A stretch of 64,000 bases of DNA from an uncultured Brevinematales bacterium. GTDB lineage: Bacteria > Spirochaetota > Brevinematia > Brevinematales > CAZQBT01. The notes beneath the pieces were generated by a model. The model did no database searches. It was not told where the DNA came from and was given only the letters and a program-made list of their open reading frames with translations. The stretch spans positions 28,890-92,889 of the forward strand of contig CAZQBT010000003.1 in NCBI GenBank assembly GCA_964591955.1. Reading direction: 5' to 3'. Position 1 is the stretch's first letter, and every line of letters starts with the position of its first letter. The position numbers and the translations under genes are program-made. Of the stretch, positions 40,376-49,632 are shown in pieces.

Positions 40376-41534
40376 GTATGGCGGTGTTTTCGACAATAAA
40401 ATGCGCGACCTTGTCTTTGATTTCGTTTTTCAGTTCCAAAGTTTTCCCGTCTTTGGAGATAACCGTAATGCTGTTTGTATCCGAGCCGAGAGGAGAAAAG
40501 TCATTGCTGATTTCGTTAAGCACAATAAAATCCAGACCTTTATCCTTAAGTTTTTTTTGCGCGTTGGATAAGCCGTTATCGGTTTCAAGCGCAAACCCGA
40601 CAAGGGTTTTATCCTTGAATTTAGAACGGACTTCTTTAAGTATATCTGGGTTTTGCGTAAGATTAACGGTAATCTCGCTATCCGTTTTTTTAATTTTGGA
40701 CTTGGAGATATCCTTTGCACGGAAATCCGCCGGCGCTGCCGCCATATAAACCCCGTCATAGTCGGCAAGATTTTTCAATATTGCGTTCATCATCTCCCGC
40801 GTGTCCGATACTCTGATGGATTTTATATAAGACGGAATACCGATATTCACGAACCCGCAGATTAATAAAACATCCGCGCCGTAATAAAAAAGCGTGCGAG
40901 CAATGGCTATCCCCATCTTTCCGCTTGAGAAATTGGAGATATAACGGACGGGGTCGATTTTTTCCAATGTAGCGCCCGCGCTTACTATATAGCGTTGCCC
41001 TTTCAGGGGCTTGTCGGGGTCTTTGTCGATAATGCCCGCAATATATTCCTCATCGGGAAGCCTTCCCTTCCCCGAATACCCGCAGGCAAGGTCGCCCATT
41101 GACGGTTCATAAACCTCAAACCCGTAATGAAGTAGTTTGCGGATATTATCCTGAGTGATACGGTTTTCATACATCTTGACATTCATTGCGGGAAAAATGA
41201 CTCGACGTTTATCAAAAGCCAGCATAGCAGAGGTCAGAAGGTTGTCGCCGATTCCGTTGGCGATTTTGGCTATGGTATTTGCGCTAGCCGGGGCAATAAC
41301 AAAGACATCCGCCCAATCGGGAGTTTGAATATGAGCAAGCGGCGCGGATATGTCAAAATCCTGCGTATAAACCTCATCGGCACAGATTGTTTTAAAAAGT
41401 ATCGGGTTAATAAATTTAGTCGCGCTTTCGGTCATTATTACCCTGACCGAATGCTCCTGTTTTTTTAGTATCCTTATGATGTTTAAAGTTTTGTAGATTG
41501 ATATACCGCCGGTAACCCCGAAAAGTATATTCAT
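40362..41534 (-). CDS. coaBC: Phosphopantothenoylcysteine decarboxylase/synthase
   Basis: GVTGGISIYK, APASAN, PAMNVKMY, IDPVRYISNFSSGKMG, VGFALET. Confidence 0.95.
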   Translation of the reverse strand: MNILFGVTGGISIYKTLNIIRILKKQEHSVRVIMTESATKFINPILFKTICADEVYTQDFDISAPLAHIQTPDWADVFVIAPASANTIAKIANGIGDNLLTSAMLAFDKRRVIFPAMNVKMYENRITQDNIRKLLHYGFEVYEPSMGDLACGYSGKGRLPDEEYIAGIIDKDPDKPLKGQRYIVSAGATLEKIDPVRYISNFSSGKMGIAIARTLFYYGADVLLICGFVNIGIPSYIKSIRVSDTREMMNAILKNLADYDGVYMAAAPADFRAKDISKSKIKKTDSEITVNLTQNPDILKEVRSKFKDKTLVGFALETDNGLSNAQKKLKDKGLDFIVLNEISNDFSPLGSDTNSITVISKDGKTLELKNEIKDKVAHFIVENTAIQGLK

Positions 41535-41535
41535 T

Positions 41536-42687
41536 TTATGCCTCGGTTAATTTTTTTAATTTTTTCCATCTTATAAGAACAAAATGCGCGTTGTCTTTTA
41601 TGAGGATGCTGTAAATATCGCCGGAAGGGTCAATGAAATGACGGGTGGATGGGTAAAACTCGGCAATATTCGGAGCGTAATGGAATTCCTCGCGTATCTG
41701 GGCATCGGATATATTAATAAATCGGAAACGTATTGCGTTATTTCTATCATCGTAGGAATACAGGACTATTTCATCATCGCGCGTGATGGCAAGCATCCCG
41801 TCTATATTCTGTTTTGAATTGAATATATTTTTAGTTATGGCGTTTTGAAGAATACTGTAAACGTTAAGCGAGTTGTAATAATCCGTGGGGGTTTCGATTT
41901 TTTTTCCGTCGTCTTCAATCAGGTAATAATTCATATAGAAAAGCATTCGCTCATCGTTTTTCAGGTTATAAACATCGCTAATCTGTCCGGCATAGGTTTT
42001 GTTTCCCGTTTGATTTGTCATTGATATATATTTGGTATTAAAGCTGAAATTCATTTCGCCGGATGTGGAAAACCTGTTTACCTGCCATTTCAGATAATCA
42101 TCCGAGTAGTCTCTGTGATAAACGTATAGATTATCAAAAAGGTCAATATCAATCCTGTCGGGATATTCCATAGGAGCGCTGTTAATCCCGTTTACTCCCA
42201 ATCGGTAAATAAACTTTCCTTCAAAAGAGAATTTATAAATATAATATTGCTCGTAATTTGTCGGGTCGCTGTTGGTGCTTTCGGAAGCTAAAACAAAGAT
42301 TTCGCCGTATTTGTTCAGAGCAACCTGAAAAGGTATCCCGAACTCGTAATCCGCGCTCTTATTCGGAATAATCATATTGGTTATGGGATTCATCGAGAGA
42401 TTAAAAACCGAGATTCGGCGGTTGTATTTATCGGCGATATAGAGCTTGTTCCTGAAAATCTGGAAACTGTCGGGTATATCTATATAGCTTTCAAACAGAT
42501 AAGATTCATCCTCATTCATAGTCATTTTTAAAAGAGGAAGGTTGCTGCCGACCTCATTAAGTTCCTCGCCCAAAGTTGTGTGAAAAACAGTCTCAAACTC
42601 CATCATACGGGGTTTCGGTGAACAAGCCCCGATAACGGCAACGGTTATCACTACAAGAAATTTTATAACGGATTTTTTTTGAAACAT
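41536..42687 (-). CDS. Lipoprotein with NHL-like/beta-propeller character
   Basis: Lipobox IGAC; LYIADKYNRRISVF, IYKFSFEGKFIYRLG, PDRIDIDLFDNLYV; resembles a conserved spirochaete lipoprotein family (from memory). Confidence 0.7.
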   Translation of the reverse strand: MFQKKSVIKFLVVITVAVIGACSPKPRMMEFETVFHTTLGEELNEVGSNLPLLKMTMNEDESYLFESYIDIPDSFQIFRNKLYIADKYNRRISVFNLSMNPITNMIIPNKSADYEFGIPFQVALNKYGEIFVLASESTNSDPTNYEQYYIYKFSFEGKFIYRLGVNGINSAPMEYPDRIDIDLFDNLYVYHRDYSDDYLKWQVNRFSTSGEMNFSFNTKYISMTNQTGNKTYAGQISDVYNLKNDERMLFYMNYYLIEDDGKKIETPTDYYNSLNVYSILQNAITKNIFNSKQNIDGMLAITRDDEIVLYSYDDRNNAIRFRFINISDAQIREEFHYAPNIAEFYPSTRHFIDPSGDIYSILIKDNAHFVLIRWKKLKKLTEA

Positions 42688-42701
42688 TATTATTTATCTC
42701 C

Positions 42702-43808
42702 TTAAAACTCGTTAGCAAGCTTATTAAGAATCTCAACCCCTTTTTCGAGGTCGTTATCTTTCGAGGCAAACGATATTCTGAAATTGGTGTTTTTCTCAGA
42801 GAAAACGTTGCCGGGAATAATAAGCACCCTGTTTGCGATAGCCTTTTCGACAAATTCGGAAACGTTACCGCTTTTCAAACGGGGGAATATATAAAAAGCC
42901 CCGTTGGGTTTTATTATATCGAAATTGTCTTTAAGCCCGTTGTAAACAATATCGCGTTTCTTTTTGTAAGCCTCTTTAAATTCGCTCATATCCGTATTAA
43001 GTGCTTCAAGCGAGGCGTATTGAAAAGGCGAAGGCGCACACACGAACGAGTATTGCTGAATTTTTATCATCTGCGCGATAATATCCGCATTTCCCGCAGC
43101 GTATCCCATTCTCCATCCCGTCATAGCGTAAGTCTTGGAAAACCCGCCGAGAACCAAAGTATTGTCGTAAATTTCAGACGGGCTATGAAAACCCCCGTCA
43201 TATACAAACCCGTCGTAAATCTCATCGGATATTAAAAGCAGATTTCGCGATTTAGCCGCGCTTACGGCATTATTAATATCCTCCTGCGTGTAAACATAAC
43301 CGGTGGGATTGGACGGCGAATTTATTATAATTGCTTTGGTTTTATCGGTAATTGCCGCCTCAAGTTTTTGCTTGTCTATTTTAAAGTCGGGATATGAATC
43401 GACAATGACGGGAGTTCCGCCGAGAAGGTTTACCAGATGTTTATACATCACGAAATAAGGGTCAAAAAAGATAATCTCATCACCAGGGTCGATTATAGAC
43501 ATAAGGGCAAGCATCAACCCTCCCGAAACCCCCGATGTAATTAAAATCTGGTCGGGTTTGAATGATGAGCCTCTTGTTTTGTTGATATAATCAAGGGATT
43601 TTTCACGAAGCTCCGCTATACCCTGAGTGAGAGTGTATCTGTTAAAACCTTTTTGTATGGCATCAATAGCCGCATTTTTAATATTTTCAGGCACATCAAA
43701 ATCGGGTTGTCCTATACTCAGATTTATCGGGTTTTCGATTTTTGACGCGAGTTCAAAGACTTTTCTTATTCCCGAAGAATCAACTTTTAAAGCGCGTTTG
43801 GAAATCAT
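42702..43808 (-). CDS. PLP-dependent class I/II aminotransferase (aspartate aminotransferase family)
   Basis: INLSIGQPDF, NSPSNPTG, ISDEIY, GFSKTYAMTGWRMG. Confidence 0.93.
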   Translation of the reverse strand: MISKRALKVDSSGIRKVFELASKIENPINLSIGQPDFDVPENIKNAAIDAIQKGFNRYTLTQGIAELREKSLDYINKTRGSSFKPDQILITSGVSGGLMLALMSIIDPGDEIIFFDPYFVMYKHLVNLLGGTPVIVDSYPDFKIDKQKLEAAITDKTKAIIINSPSNPTGYVYTQEDINNAVSAAKSRNLLLISDEIYDGFVYDGGFHSPSEIYDNTLVLGGFSKTYAMTGWRMGYAAGNADIIAQMIKIQQYSFVCAPSPFQYASLEALNTDMSEFKEAYKKKRDIVYNGLKDNFDIIKPNGAFYIFPRLKSGNVSEFVEKAIANRVLIIPGNVFSEKNTNFRISFASKDNDLEKGVEILNKLANEF

Positions 43809-43943
43809 CTAAACTACCTCCGTATTTGGTTATCTAAAATTTTATGATATTTTCGGAATAAATGCAAGATAAGGCGAGGCAGCGGAGTTTTTTTATATTA
43901 TCTGTTGATTTGATATATAGACAAGTTATGAGGAATGGTTTGG

Positions 43944-43998
43944 TTACAGGATTAGATTCTTCACGGGTTAGATTATCAATAGTGCAATCAGAATGACA
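43944..43998. repeat. Family A element, right half only
   Basis: TTACAGGATTAGATTCTTCACGGGTTAGA...AATCAGAATGACA; first 29 bp match 63711-63739 with one mismatch. Confidence 0.75.
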
Positions 43999-44369
43999 TA
44001 GCCAAGACGGTTGTTTCGATGAATTATATTGATAGTATCGCAGTCATCCGATACTGTGGGCACCGCTTCCCGCTAAGTGTCATTCTGATTTGACTTCTTC
44101 AGCGTTTCCACTGAAGAATCTGATTAGGTTTAAAGAGATACACTTTAATAAGTTAGATTAACGCGGGTATAGTCAGTATGACATAGCCAAGACGGTTGTT
44201 TCGATGAATTATATTGATAGTATCGCAGTCATCCGATACTGTGGGCACCGCTTCCCGCTAAGTGTCATTCTGATTTGACTTCTTCAGCGTTTCCACTGAA
44301 GAATCTGATTAGGTTTAAAGAGATACACTTTAATAAGTTAGATTAACGCGGGTATAGCCAGTATGACAT
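43993..44369. repeat. Tandem duplication, 2 x 185 bp, each unit containing a family A element
   Basis: Units 43993-44177 and 44178-44362 are identical except one T/C (44173 vs 44358); elements at 44078-44183 and 44263-44368. Confidence 0.92.
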
Positions 44370-44554
44370 TCTGCGGGGGCGGTTATCTGTGGGTTTTGCC
44401 TCTTCAGGCAAGTTTAAAAAAACATTAGTCAAAACTTGATATTTTATAAAGATGGTGGTAATATAAACTTATGTATTCATACCATATTTGTATGGTTTCT
44501 TGGTTAAATTGCCGGGCTATCCCGAAGGATTGCCCGAAAAAATAGGAGGAGTTT

Positions 44555-45679
44555 ATGAAAGGTTTTGTTTATGGCTTAAGAGGGATGCTGATTGTGTTGA
44601 GTTTGAGCTTTGCTGCTTGTATTAGTATTGGGACTCCGAGTTGCTCTATCGGAGGTGGCGGGGGTCCTGTAGAAGAGGAAGACCCGTTACCGCCTATGGT
44701 GTCTATTACAAGTCATACAAACGGGCAGGAAGTGGGTTCGACTTACGTTCTTTCGGGGAGTTATTCCTTCGGTGAATACAGCGGCGATAATGTATATTAT
44801 AATACCGACGGCGGGGAATGGCAGGTTGCGGAATTGGGTTCCGGATGGAGTTGCGAAATCAGCCTTACGGAAGAGGGTATGCACACAAACCGCGTTTATG
44901 TAAAGGATTCAAAGGGTAATACATCCGCTGTCGGTATTGTGGTGGTTGATGCTTTGTTTGCCCTGTATGTAACTACCGACGGGGAGAATAATAATTCAGG
45001 AAAAAAAGATTCTCCATTAAAGAATATTCAGGATGCCGTAACCAAGGCGGGAAATATCGGTATTTCCGATATTAACATAGCTTCAGGCGTATATACTCCC
45101 GGTAGCGGATTGAATTATCAGTATCTTGGTTATCTGAATAGCGGAATATTTGTCGGCACATCAAACCTGAATATACTCGGCGGATGGGATACCGACTTTA
45201 TATCCCGCGACGGTATGAGCGAATTGGACGGGAACGGAGAGCTTTACCATATTATTACCATAGGCGGGTTTGATAATATTACCGTTGACGGGTTTGTTAT
45301 TCGCGGAGGAGACGCATCCGGCGGAGACGGTCCATATTCGGGACACGGAAGCGGTATTTGCGTTATTGAGGGAAGCGGGCATTTTATTACCAATGTAATA
45401 ATAACCAATAATACCGCTTTTTATCAAGGCGGTGGAGTGTATGTGTATAAAGGTATAAACCATAGTTTCGGCGGGATAATCAGCGATAACTCTGCCGATG
45501 AAGGCGGCGGGGTTTATTTTTATGATGATACCGCAAACGACACGCATACGTTTCTGTCTCCTGTAATAGAGGGTAACACGGGATACGGCGTTTACCGTTA
45601 TGATGATAATTCTAATCCTCAGGGGGTTGCTTCTGTTAACTGGGGGAGCGGGAACAGTCCCGATGATAAGAACTGGTAG
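44555..45679 (+). CDS. Surface lipoprotein: Ig-like domain, DUF1565-like segment and right-handed beta-helix
   Basis: AGGAGGAG RBS; lipobox FAAC; PPMVSITSHTNG Ig-like start; SGKKDSPLKNIQDA; GGGV coils; paralog of 62523-63593. Confidence 0.8.
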   Translation: MKGFVYGLRGMLIVLSLSFAACISIGTPSCSIGGGGGPVEEEDPLPPMVSITSHTNGQEVGSTYVLSGSYSFGEYSGDNVYYNTDGGEWQVAELGSGWSCEISLTEEGMHTNRVYVKDSKGNTSAVGIVVVDALFALYVTTDGENNNSGKKDSPLKNIQDAVTKAGNIGISDINIASGVYTPGSGLNYQYLGYLNSGIFVGTSNLNILGGWDTDFISRDGMSELDGNGELYHIITIGGFDNITVDGFVIRGGDASGGDGPYSGHGSGICVIEGSGHFITNVIITNNTAFYQGGGVYVYKGINHSFGGIISDNSADEGGGVYFYDDTANDTHTFLSPVIEGNTGYGVYRYDDNSNPQGVASVNWGSGNSPDDKNW

Positions 45680-45810
45680 GTATAGGGGGGTATCTCGATA
45701 CTCCAAGCCCTTACCGCGTAAAAGCCCGAAACTTGATAACCGGTTGGTTTAAGGAAAGACTTTAGATAATGTTACGGCATTGAGTGCGCTTCGGCTCCGC
45801 TCAGGACAGG
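45671..45810 (+). repeat. Family B repeat-containing trailer downstream of the beta-helix lipoprotein
   Basis: ATCTCGATACTC...ACTTGATAACCGGTTGGTTTAAGGAAAGACTTT, homologous to reverse complement of 62413-62532; followed by CTTCGGCTCCGCTCAGGAC. Confidence 0.75.
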
Positions 45811-45843
45811 CATATCAGCGACCGTAAAGAATAACCTGTATAA

Positions 45844-45885
45844 AACAAAAAAGCTGTCTTATCACGCGATAAGACAGCTTTTGTT
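45844..45885. terminator. Bidirectional rho-independent terminator
   Basis: AAAAGCTGTCTTATC-acgc-GATAAGACAGCTTTT between convergent genes. Confidence 0.85.
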
Positions 45886-45898
45886 ATGGAGGTAAAAA

Positions 45899-46159
45899 TC
45901 ATAGAAAGAAAGATGCCAGTTCGCTATTTGTCTGCAAAATAGCGGTAGCCTTATCAATTCGTGTGGGATAAAGCTCGGAGGGGACTTTTTCAGCGCCCAT
46001 AATATCTGCAACCATATAGCGGGCGCACTTATCATAACCGCCATGACAGAAACTTGTTTCAATCCACATATTGAGACTGTTTTTCGCGAAATTCACCTCG
46101 CTTAATTTTTCCGCCATAAAACGACATTCATTGAAATACGGGCACATACTCATATCCAA
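45899..46159 (-). CDS. Small Cys-containing hypothetical protein
   Basis: AAGGAG RBS; CPYFNEC...FCHGGYDKCARY four-Cys pattern. Confidence 0.65.
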   Translation of the reverse strand: MDMSMCPYFNECRFMAEKLSEVNFAKNSLNMWIETSFCHGGYDKCARYMVADIMGAEKVPSELYPTRIDKATAILQTNSELASFFL

Positions 46160-46289
46160 ACTCCTTACAAGTTTTTTCAGCGCCCTCCTGATTTTATTGC
46201 CTATTCGATAATATTAGACACGGGATAATACAATGGGGTTAGATAAAGTTTGAATATTTCATTCCTTACTGCTAATTAAATAACGTAAA

Positions 46290-46318
46290 TTGACTTTGAA
46301 ACTTAAACAGTTTATAAT
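46290..46318 (+). promoter_or_regulatory. Sigma70-like promoter of manC
   Basis: TTGACT-17 bp-TATAAT. Confidence 0.65.
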
Positions 46319-46347
46319 TATTAACTTGAAAGGATGAGGAGAGCTTA

Positions 46348-47736
46348 ATGACCTCTATTATAATGGCGGGGGGAAGCGGGACACGACTTTGGCCTCTCTC
46401 TCGTAAAAATTTCCCAAAACAATTTTTGTCTCTTGACGATAAGGAAAGTTTTATCAGGATTACCGCAAGAAGACTTATGCTTTTTACAAAACCCGAAGAC
46501 ATTTATGTAGTGGGTGGGGAATCTCATAAGTTCAACGTGATAGAGCATCTAAGCGGGGTAACGGAAAGCGAGTTTAAAAATCTTATACTTGAGCCGAGCG
46601 GGAGAAATACCGCACCGGCTATCGCTTTGAGCGTAAAATATCTGATAGACAAATGCAGCGCGGATAACGACACCGTTCTTTTCTTTTCCCCCGCAGACCA
46701 TATTATAAAACCGGAAAACGGGCTTAAAGAGGCGGTTGAAAGCGCAACGCCTTTCGCTAAAGACCATATCGTAACCTTCGGGATTGTCCCGTCAAAACCC
46801 GAAACGGGATACGGTTATATTGAACTCGGCAATGAAAGCGGGGATAATATTTGTGAAGTTGCAAGGTTTGTCGAAAAACCCGATAAGAAAACCGCCGAGG
46901 GGTATCTCGAATCGGGAAAATATATGTGGAACTCCGGGATGTTTATGTTTTCGGTCGGGGTTATTTTAGATGCATTTAAGCGGTTTGTTCCCGAACTTTT
47001 TACTATGATTACCGAGTGGGATTACGACAAGGCTTTACGGGATTATGAGAGCTTGCCCTCCGTTTCGATTGACTATGCCGTTATGGAGAAAGCGGACAAT
47101 ATCCTTTGCAGGAAAATCGACCTTGAATGGAACGACGTCGGCTCATGGGATTCCGTTTATGATATGCTTGATAAAGACCAAAACGGCAATGCGGTATTGG
47201 GGAACGTGGAGTATGTGGACACCACCGGCAGTCTTGTCGTGGGAAGCAACAGGCTTGTAACGCTTATCGGGATAGATAACGCCGCGGTGATAGCTACGGA
47301 GGATGCAATTCTTGTAACCAAGCGTAAAAACACCCAGCAGGTTAAAACTTTAGTCGATAAAATGAAAGACAAGGGGCGTAAAGAGGTTGACGAACATATT
47401 ATCACGTATCGTCCGTGGGGAAGTTATACGGTGCTTGAAGAGGGCGAACGGTATAAAATCAAACGGATTGTGGTTCATCCGGGCGCAAAGTTAAGCCGTC
47501 AGCGCCATAAACATAGAAGCGAACACTGGGTTGTGGTATCGGGTATGGCTGAGGTGGAAATCGGGGATAAGGTTGATATTCTTCACGAAAACCAGAGCGT
47601 CTATGTTCCCATATATGAATTGCATCGCCTGTCCAATCCCGGCAAAATTCCCCTTGAGATTATAGAGGTGCAAAACGGGGAATATGTCGGCGAGGATGAT
47701 ATAGAGCGTTTGGATGATACCTACGGGAGAGGCTAA
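46348..47736 (+). CDS. manC: Mannose-1-phosphate guanylyltransferase/mannose-6-phosphate isomerase
   Basis: IMAGGSGTRLWPLSR..PKQF, EPSGRNTAPA, WNDVGSW, C-terminal cupin RPWGSY..HRSEHWVV. Confidence 0.95.
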   Translation: MTSIIMAGGSGTRLWPLSRKNFPKQFLSLDDKESFIRITARRLMLFTKPEDIYVVGGESHKFNVIEHLSGVTESEFKNLILEPSGRNTAPAIALSVKYLIDKCSADNDTVLFFSPADHIIKPENGLKEAVESATPFAKDHIVTFGIVPSKPETGYGYIELGNESGDNICEVARFVEKPDKKTAEGYLESGKYMWNSGMFMFSVGVILDAFKRFVPELFTMITEWDYDKALRDYESLPSVSIDYAVMEKADNILCRKIDLEWNDVGSWDSVYDMLDKDQNGNAVLGNVEYVDTTGSLVVGSNRLVTLIGIDNAAVIATEDAILVTKRKNTQQVKTLVDKMKDKGRKEVDEHIITYRPWGSYTVLEEGERYKIKRIVVHPGAKLSRQRHKHRSEHWVVVSGMAEVEIGDKVDILHENQSVYVPIYELHRLSNPGKIPLEIIEVQNGEYVGEDDIERLDDTYGRG

Positions 47737-48239
47737 CGCGTAAAAAGCGGAACAACAAACTCTTTCTTTAACTCATCGTTGACATACACCTTGATTGTGT
47801 ATATCCCGAAATGAGAGGGGTTGTCGCTGTTTACCGATGGGAAGACTATGGGGCGCACTACAAGCGCGCGTTGAAATGTTCCGTATTTTGCCGCTATATC
47901 CTCAAGTGAGAATTTATAGCGGTCGGTGTATATCGGGCGGGCTATTCCGGGACGGTATAATTCTATCCTGTGGTTAAAGGTGTGGTAAACGGGGGTGGTG
48001 GTATTTATGTAATGTATGTATAATTTCATAGTGAGACTTTGGGTTCCGCCCTGCCCGATGATTGCGTTTTTTGGTCTTACGCCGTTTTGCCAGTTCTCGG
48101 TTTCATCGTGAAGCAGGATTGTGTTTATTTTAAGGCTGTTTGCAGACGGTAAAGTCTCCAAAGAGGTTTCCAATAAATCTGCGCGAACGGTATTTAATGA
48201 AAAAAGCAAAATCATAATTATCAGTATTTGTCGGGTCAT
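47733..48239 (-). CDS. Exported hypothetical protein
   Basis: GGGGG RBS; signal peptide ending VRA; GIYTIKVYVND Ig-like C-terminus. Confidence 0.7.
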   Translation of the reverse strand: MTRQILIIMILLFSLNTVRADLLETSLETLPSANSLKINTILLHDETENWQNGVRPKNAIIGQGGTQSLTMKLYIHYINTTTPVYHTFNHRIELYRPGIARPIYTDRYKFSLEDIAAKYGTFQRALVVRPIVFPSVNSDNPSHFGIYTIKVYVNDELKKEFVVPLFTR

Positions 48240-48354
48240 TTGATACCCCCTCTGTGCGGCTTACTTGTTATATCGGAAAAAGGGGCGTATTATATAAATC
48301 CCGAAAACGGCTCCTCGTAGCATTAAAAAAACTTCAATAATTTGACCTTATAAA

Positions 48355-48447
48355 TTGACACTAAGTGCATTTTTCTATAAAATATATAATAGTATTTTGT
48401 GCCGTAAGTAACCGCAGACAATAGAGGCTAATCTATATTGTCGGCGG
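48355..48447 (+). promoter_or_regulatory. gap promoter and 5'-leader hairpin
   Basis: TTGACA(48355)-17 bp-TAAAAT(48378); leader stem CCGCAGACAATAG/CTATATTGTCGGCGG. Confidence 0.6.
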
Positions 48448-48488
48448 GTATCTGAAAGTTTGTATTTTAACTTATTAGGAGGATATAT

Positions 48489-49505
48489 ATGGCAGTGAAA
48501 GTTGCTATTAACGGATTCGGAAGAATCGGGCGACAGGTGTTTAAGGTCTATATGGAAAAATATCAGAAAGACTACGAAATTGTAGCTTTGAATGATTTGA
48601 CCGATACTAAGACTCTTGCTCATCTTTACAAGTATGATTCCATTTACGGAAGAGCGAAAGAAACGGTTAGCGCTACCGATGACGCTATCGTTATTAACGG
48701 TAAAAACGTAAAAGTTTACGCGGAAAAAGACCCCGCCAACCTTCCCTGGAAAGAATTGGGTGTAGATATCGTAATCGAATCTACCGGCTTTTTCAGAAGC
48801 AAAGCCGCTATGCAGAAACATATCGATGCCGGCGCTAAGAAAGTTCTTCTTTCCGCTCCCGCAAAGTCAGGTGATGATGTTGACCTTACCGTTGTTATCG
48901 GTGTCAACGACGGCAAAATCACCAAAGATATGACTATGATTTCAAACGCATCCTGCACAACCAACTCTATGGCTGGTGTGGTTAAGGCTATTAACGATGC
49001 TTTCGGTATCCAGACCGGTCTTATGACTACCATTCACTCTTACACCAATGACCAGAAGATTTTGGATGCTCCCCATAGCGACCTTCGCAGAGCGAGAAAC
49101 GCCGCTACCAACATTATCCCTACATCTACCGGCGCTGCAAAGGCTATCGGGCTTGTTATTCCCGACCTCAAGGGCAAACTTGACGGTATAGCTATGCGTG
49201 TTCCTACCGCTGTCGGTTCGGTTACCGATATGACTTTCAAGGTCGGCAAGAATACCACTGCCGAAGAGGTAAACGGTGCGGTTAAAAAGGCTTGCGATAC
49301 TTACCTCAAGGATACCGTTGAATATTGCACCGACCCTATCGTTCTTTCCGATATAGTAGGAAGCCCTTATTCCTCTATATTTGATTCTCTTTTGACTTCC
49401 GTTATGGACGGAAATATCGTAAAGGTTTGTGCTTGGTATGACAATGAGTGGGGTTTCTCAAACAGACTCGCTCATCTTACCTCTATTGTTTCAAAGATGG
49501 TATAA
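48489..49505 (+). CDS. gap: Glyceraldehyde-3-phosphate dehydrogenase (type I)
   Basis: INGFGRIGR, ASCTTN, PTSTGAAKA, WYDNEWG. Confidence 0.98.
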   Translation: MAVKVAINGFGRIGRQVFKVYMEKYQKDYEIVALNDLTDTKTLAHLYKYDSIYGRAKETVSATDDAIVINGKNVKVYAEKDPANLPWKELGVDIVIESTGFFRSKAAMQKHIDAGAKKVLLSAPAKSGDDVDLTVVIGVNDGKITKDMTMISNASCTTNSMAGVVKAINDAFGIQTGLMTTIHSYTNDQKILDAPHSDLRRARNAATNIIPTSTGAAKAIGLVIPDLKGKLDGIAMRVPTAVGSVTDMTFKVGKNTTAEEVNGAVKKACDTYLKDTVEYCTDPIVLSDIVGSPYSSIFDSLLTSVMDGNIVKVCAWYDNEWGFSNRLAHLTSIVSKMV

Positions 49506-49521
49506 ATTAGTTTTATATACG

Positions 49522-49559
49522 GGGCGGCGGTTTCCCGTCGCCCTTGTCTTTATTTTTTT
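49522..49559 (+). terminator. Stem-loop/terminator between gap and pgk
   Basis: GGGCGGCGG-tttc-CCGTCGCCC followed by a T-rich tract. Confidence 0.7.
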
Positions 49560-49632
49560 CGCGGTTTTCATTTATATCGAATAAAGGAAACGCGGGAGTA
49601 ATAAATTTTTGCTGTTTCAACAGGAGGAAACG

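Noticed and set aside
43993-44369. CRISPR array
   Set aside because: The period is 185 bp, the intervening sequences are identical rather than unique spacers, and there are no cas genes in the window.
44503-44537. Riboswitch upstream of the beta-helix lipoprotein
   Set aside because: Only a single hairpin (CGGGCTATCC-cgaa-GGATTGCCCG) is visible; it matches no aptamer consensus I recognise.
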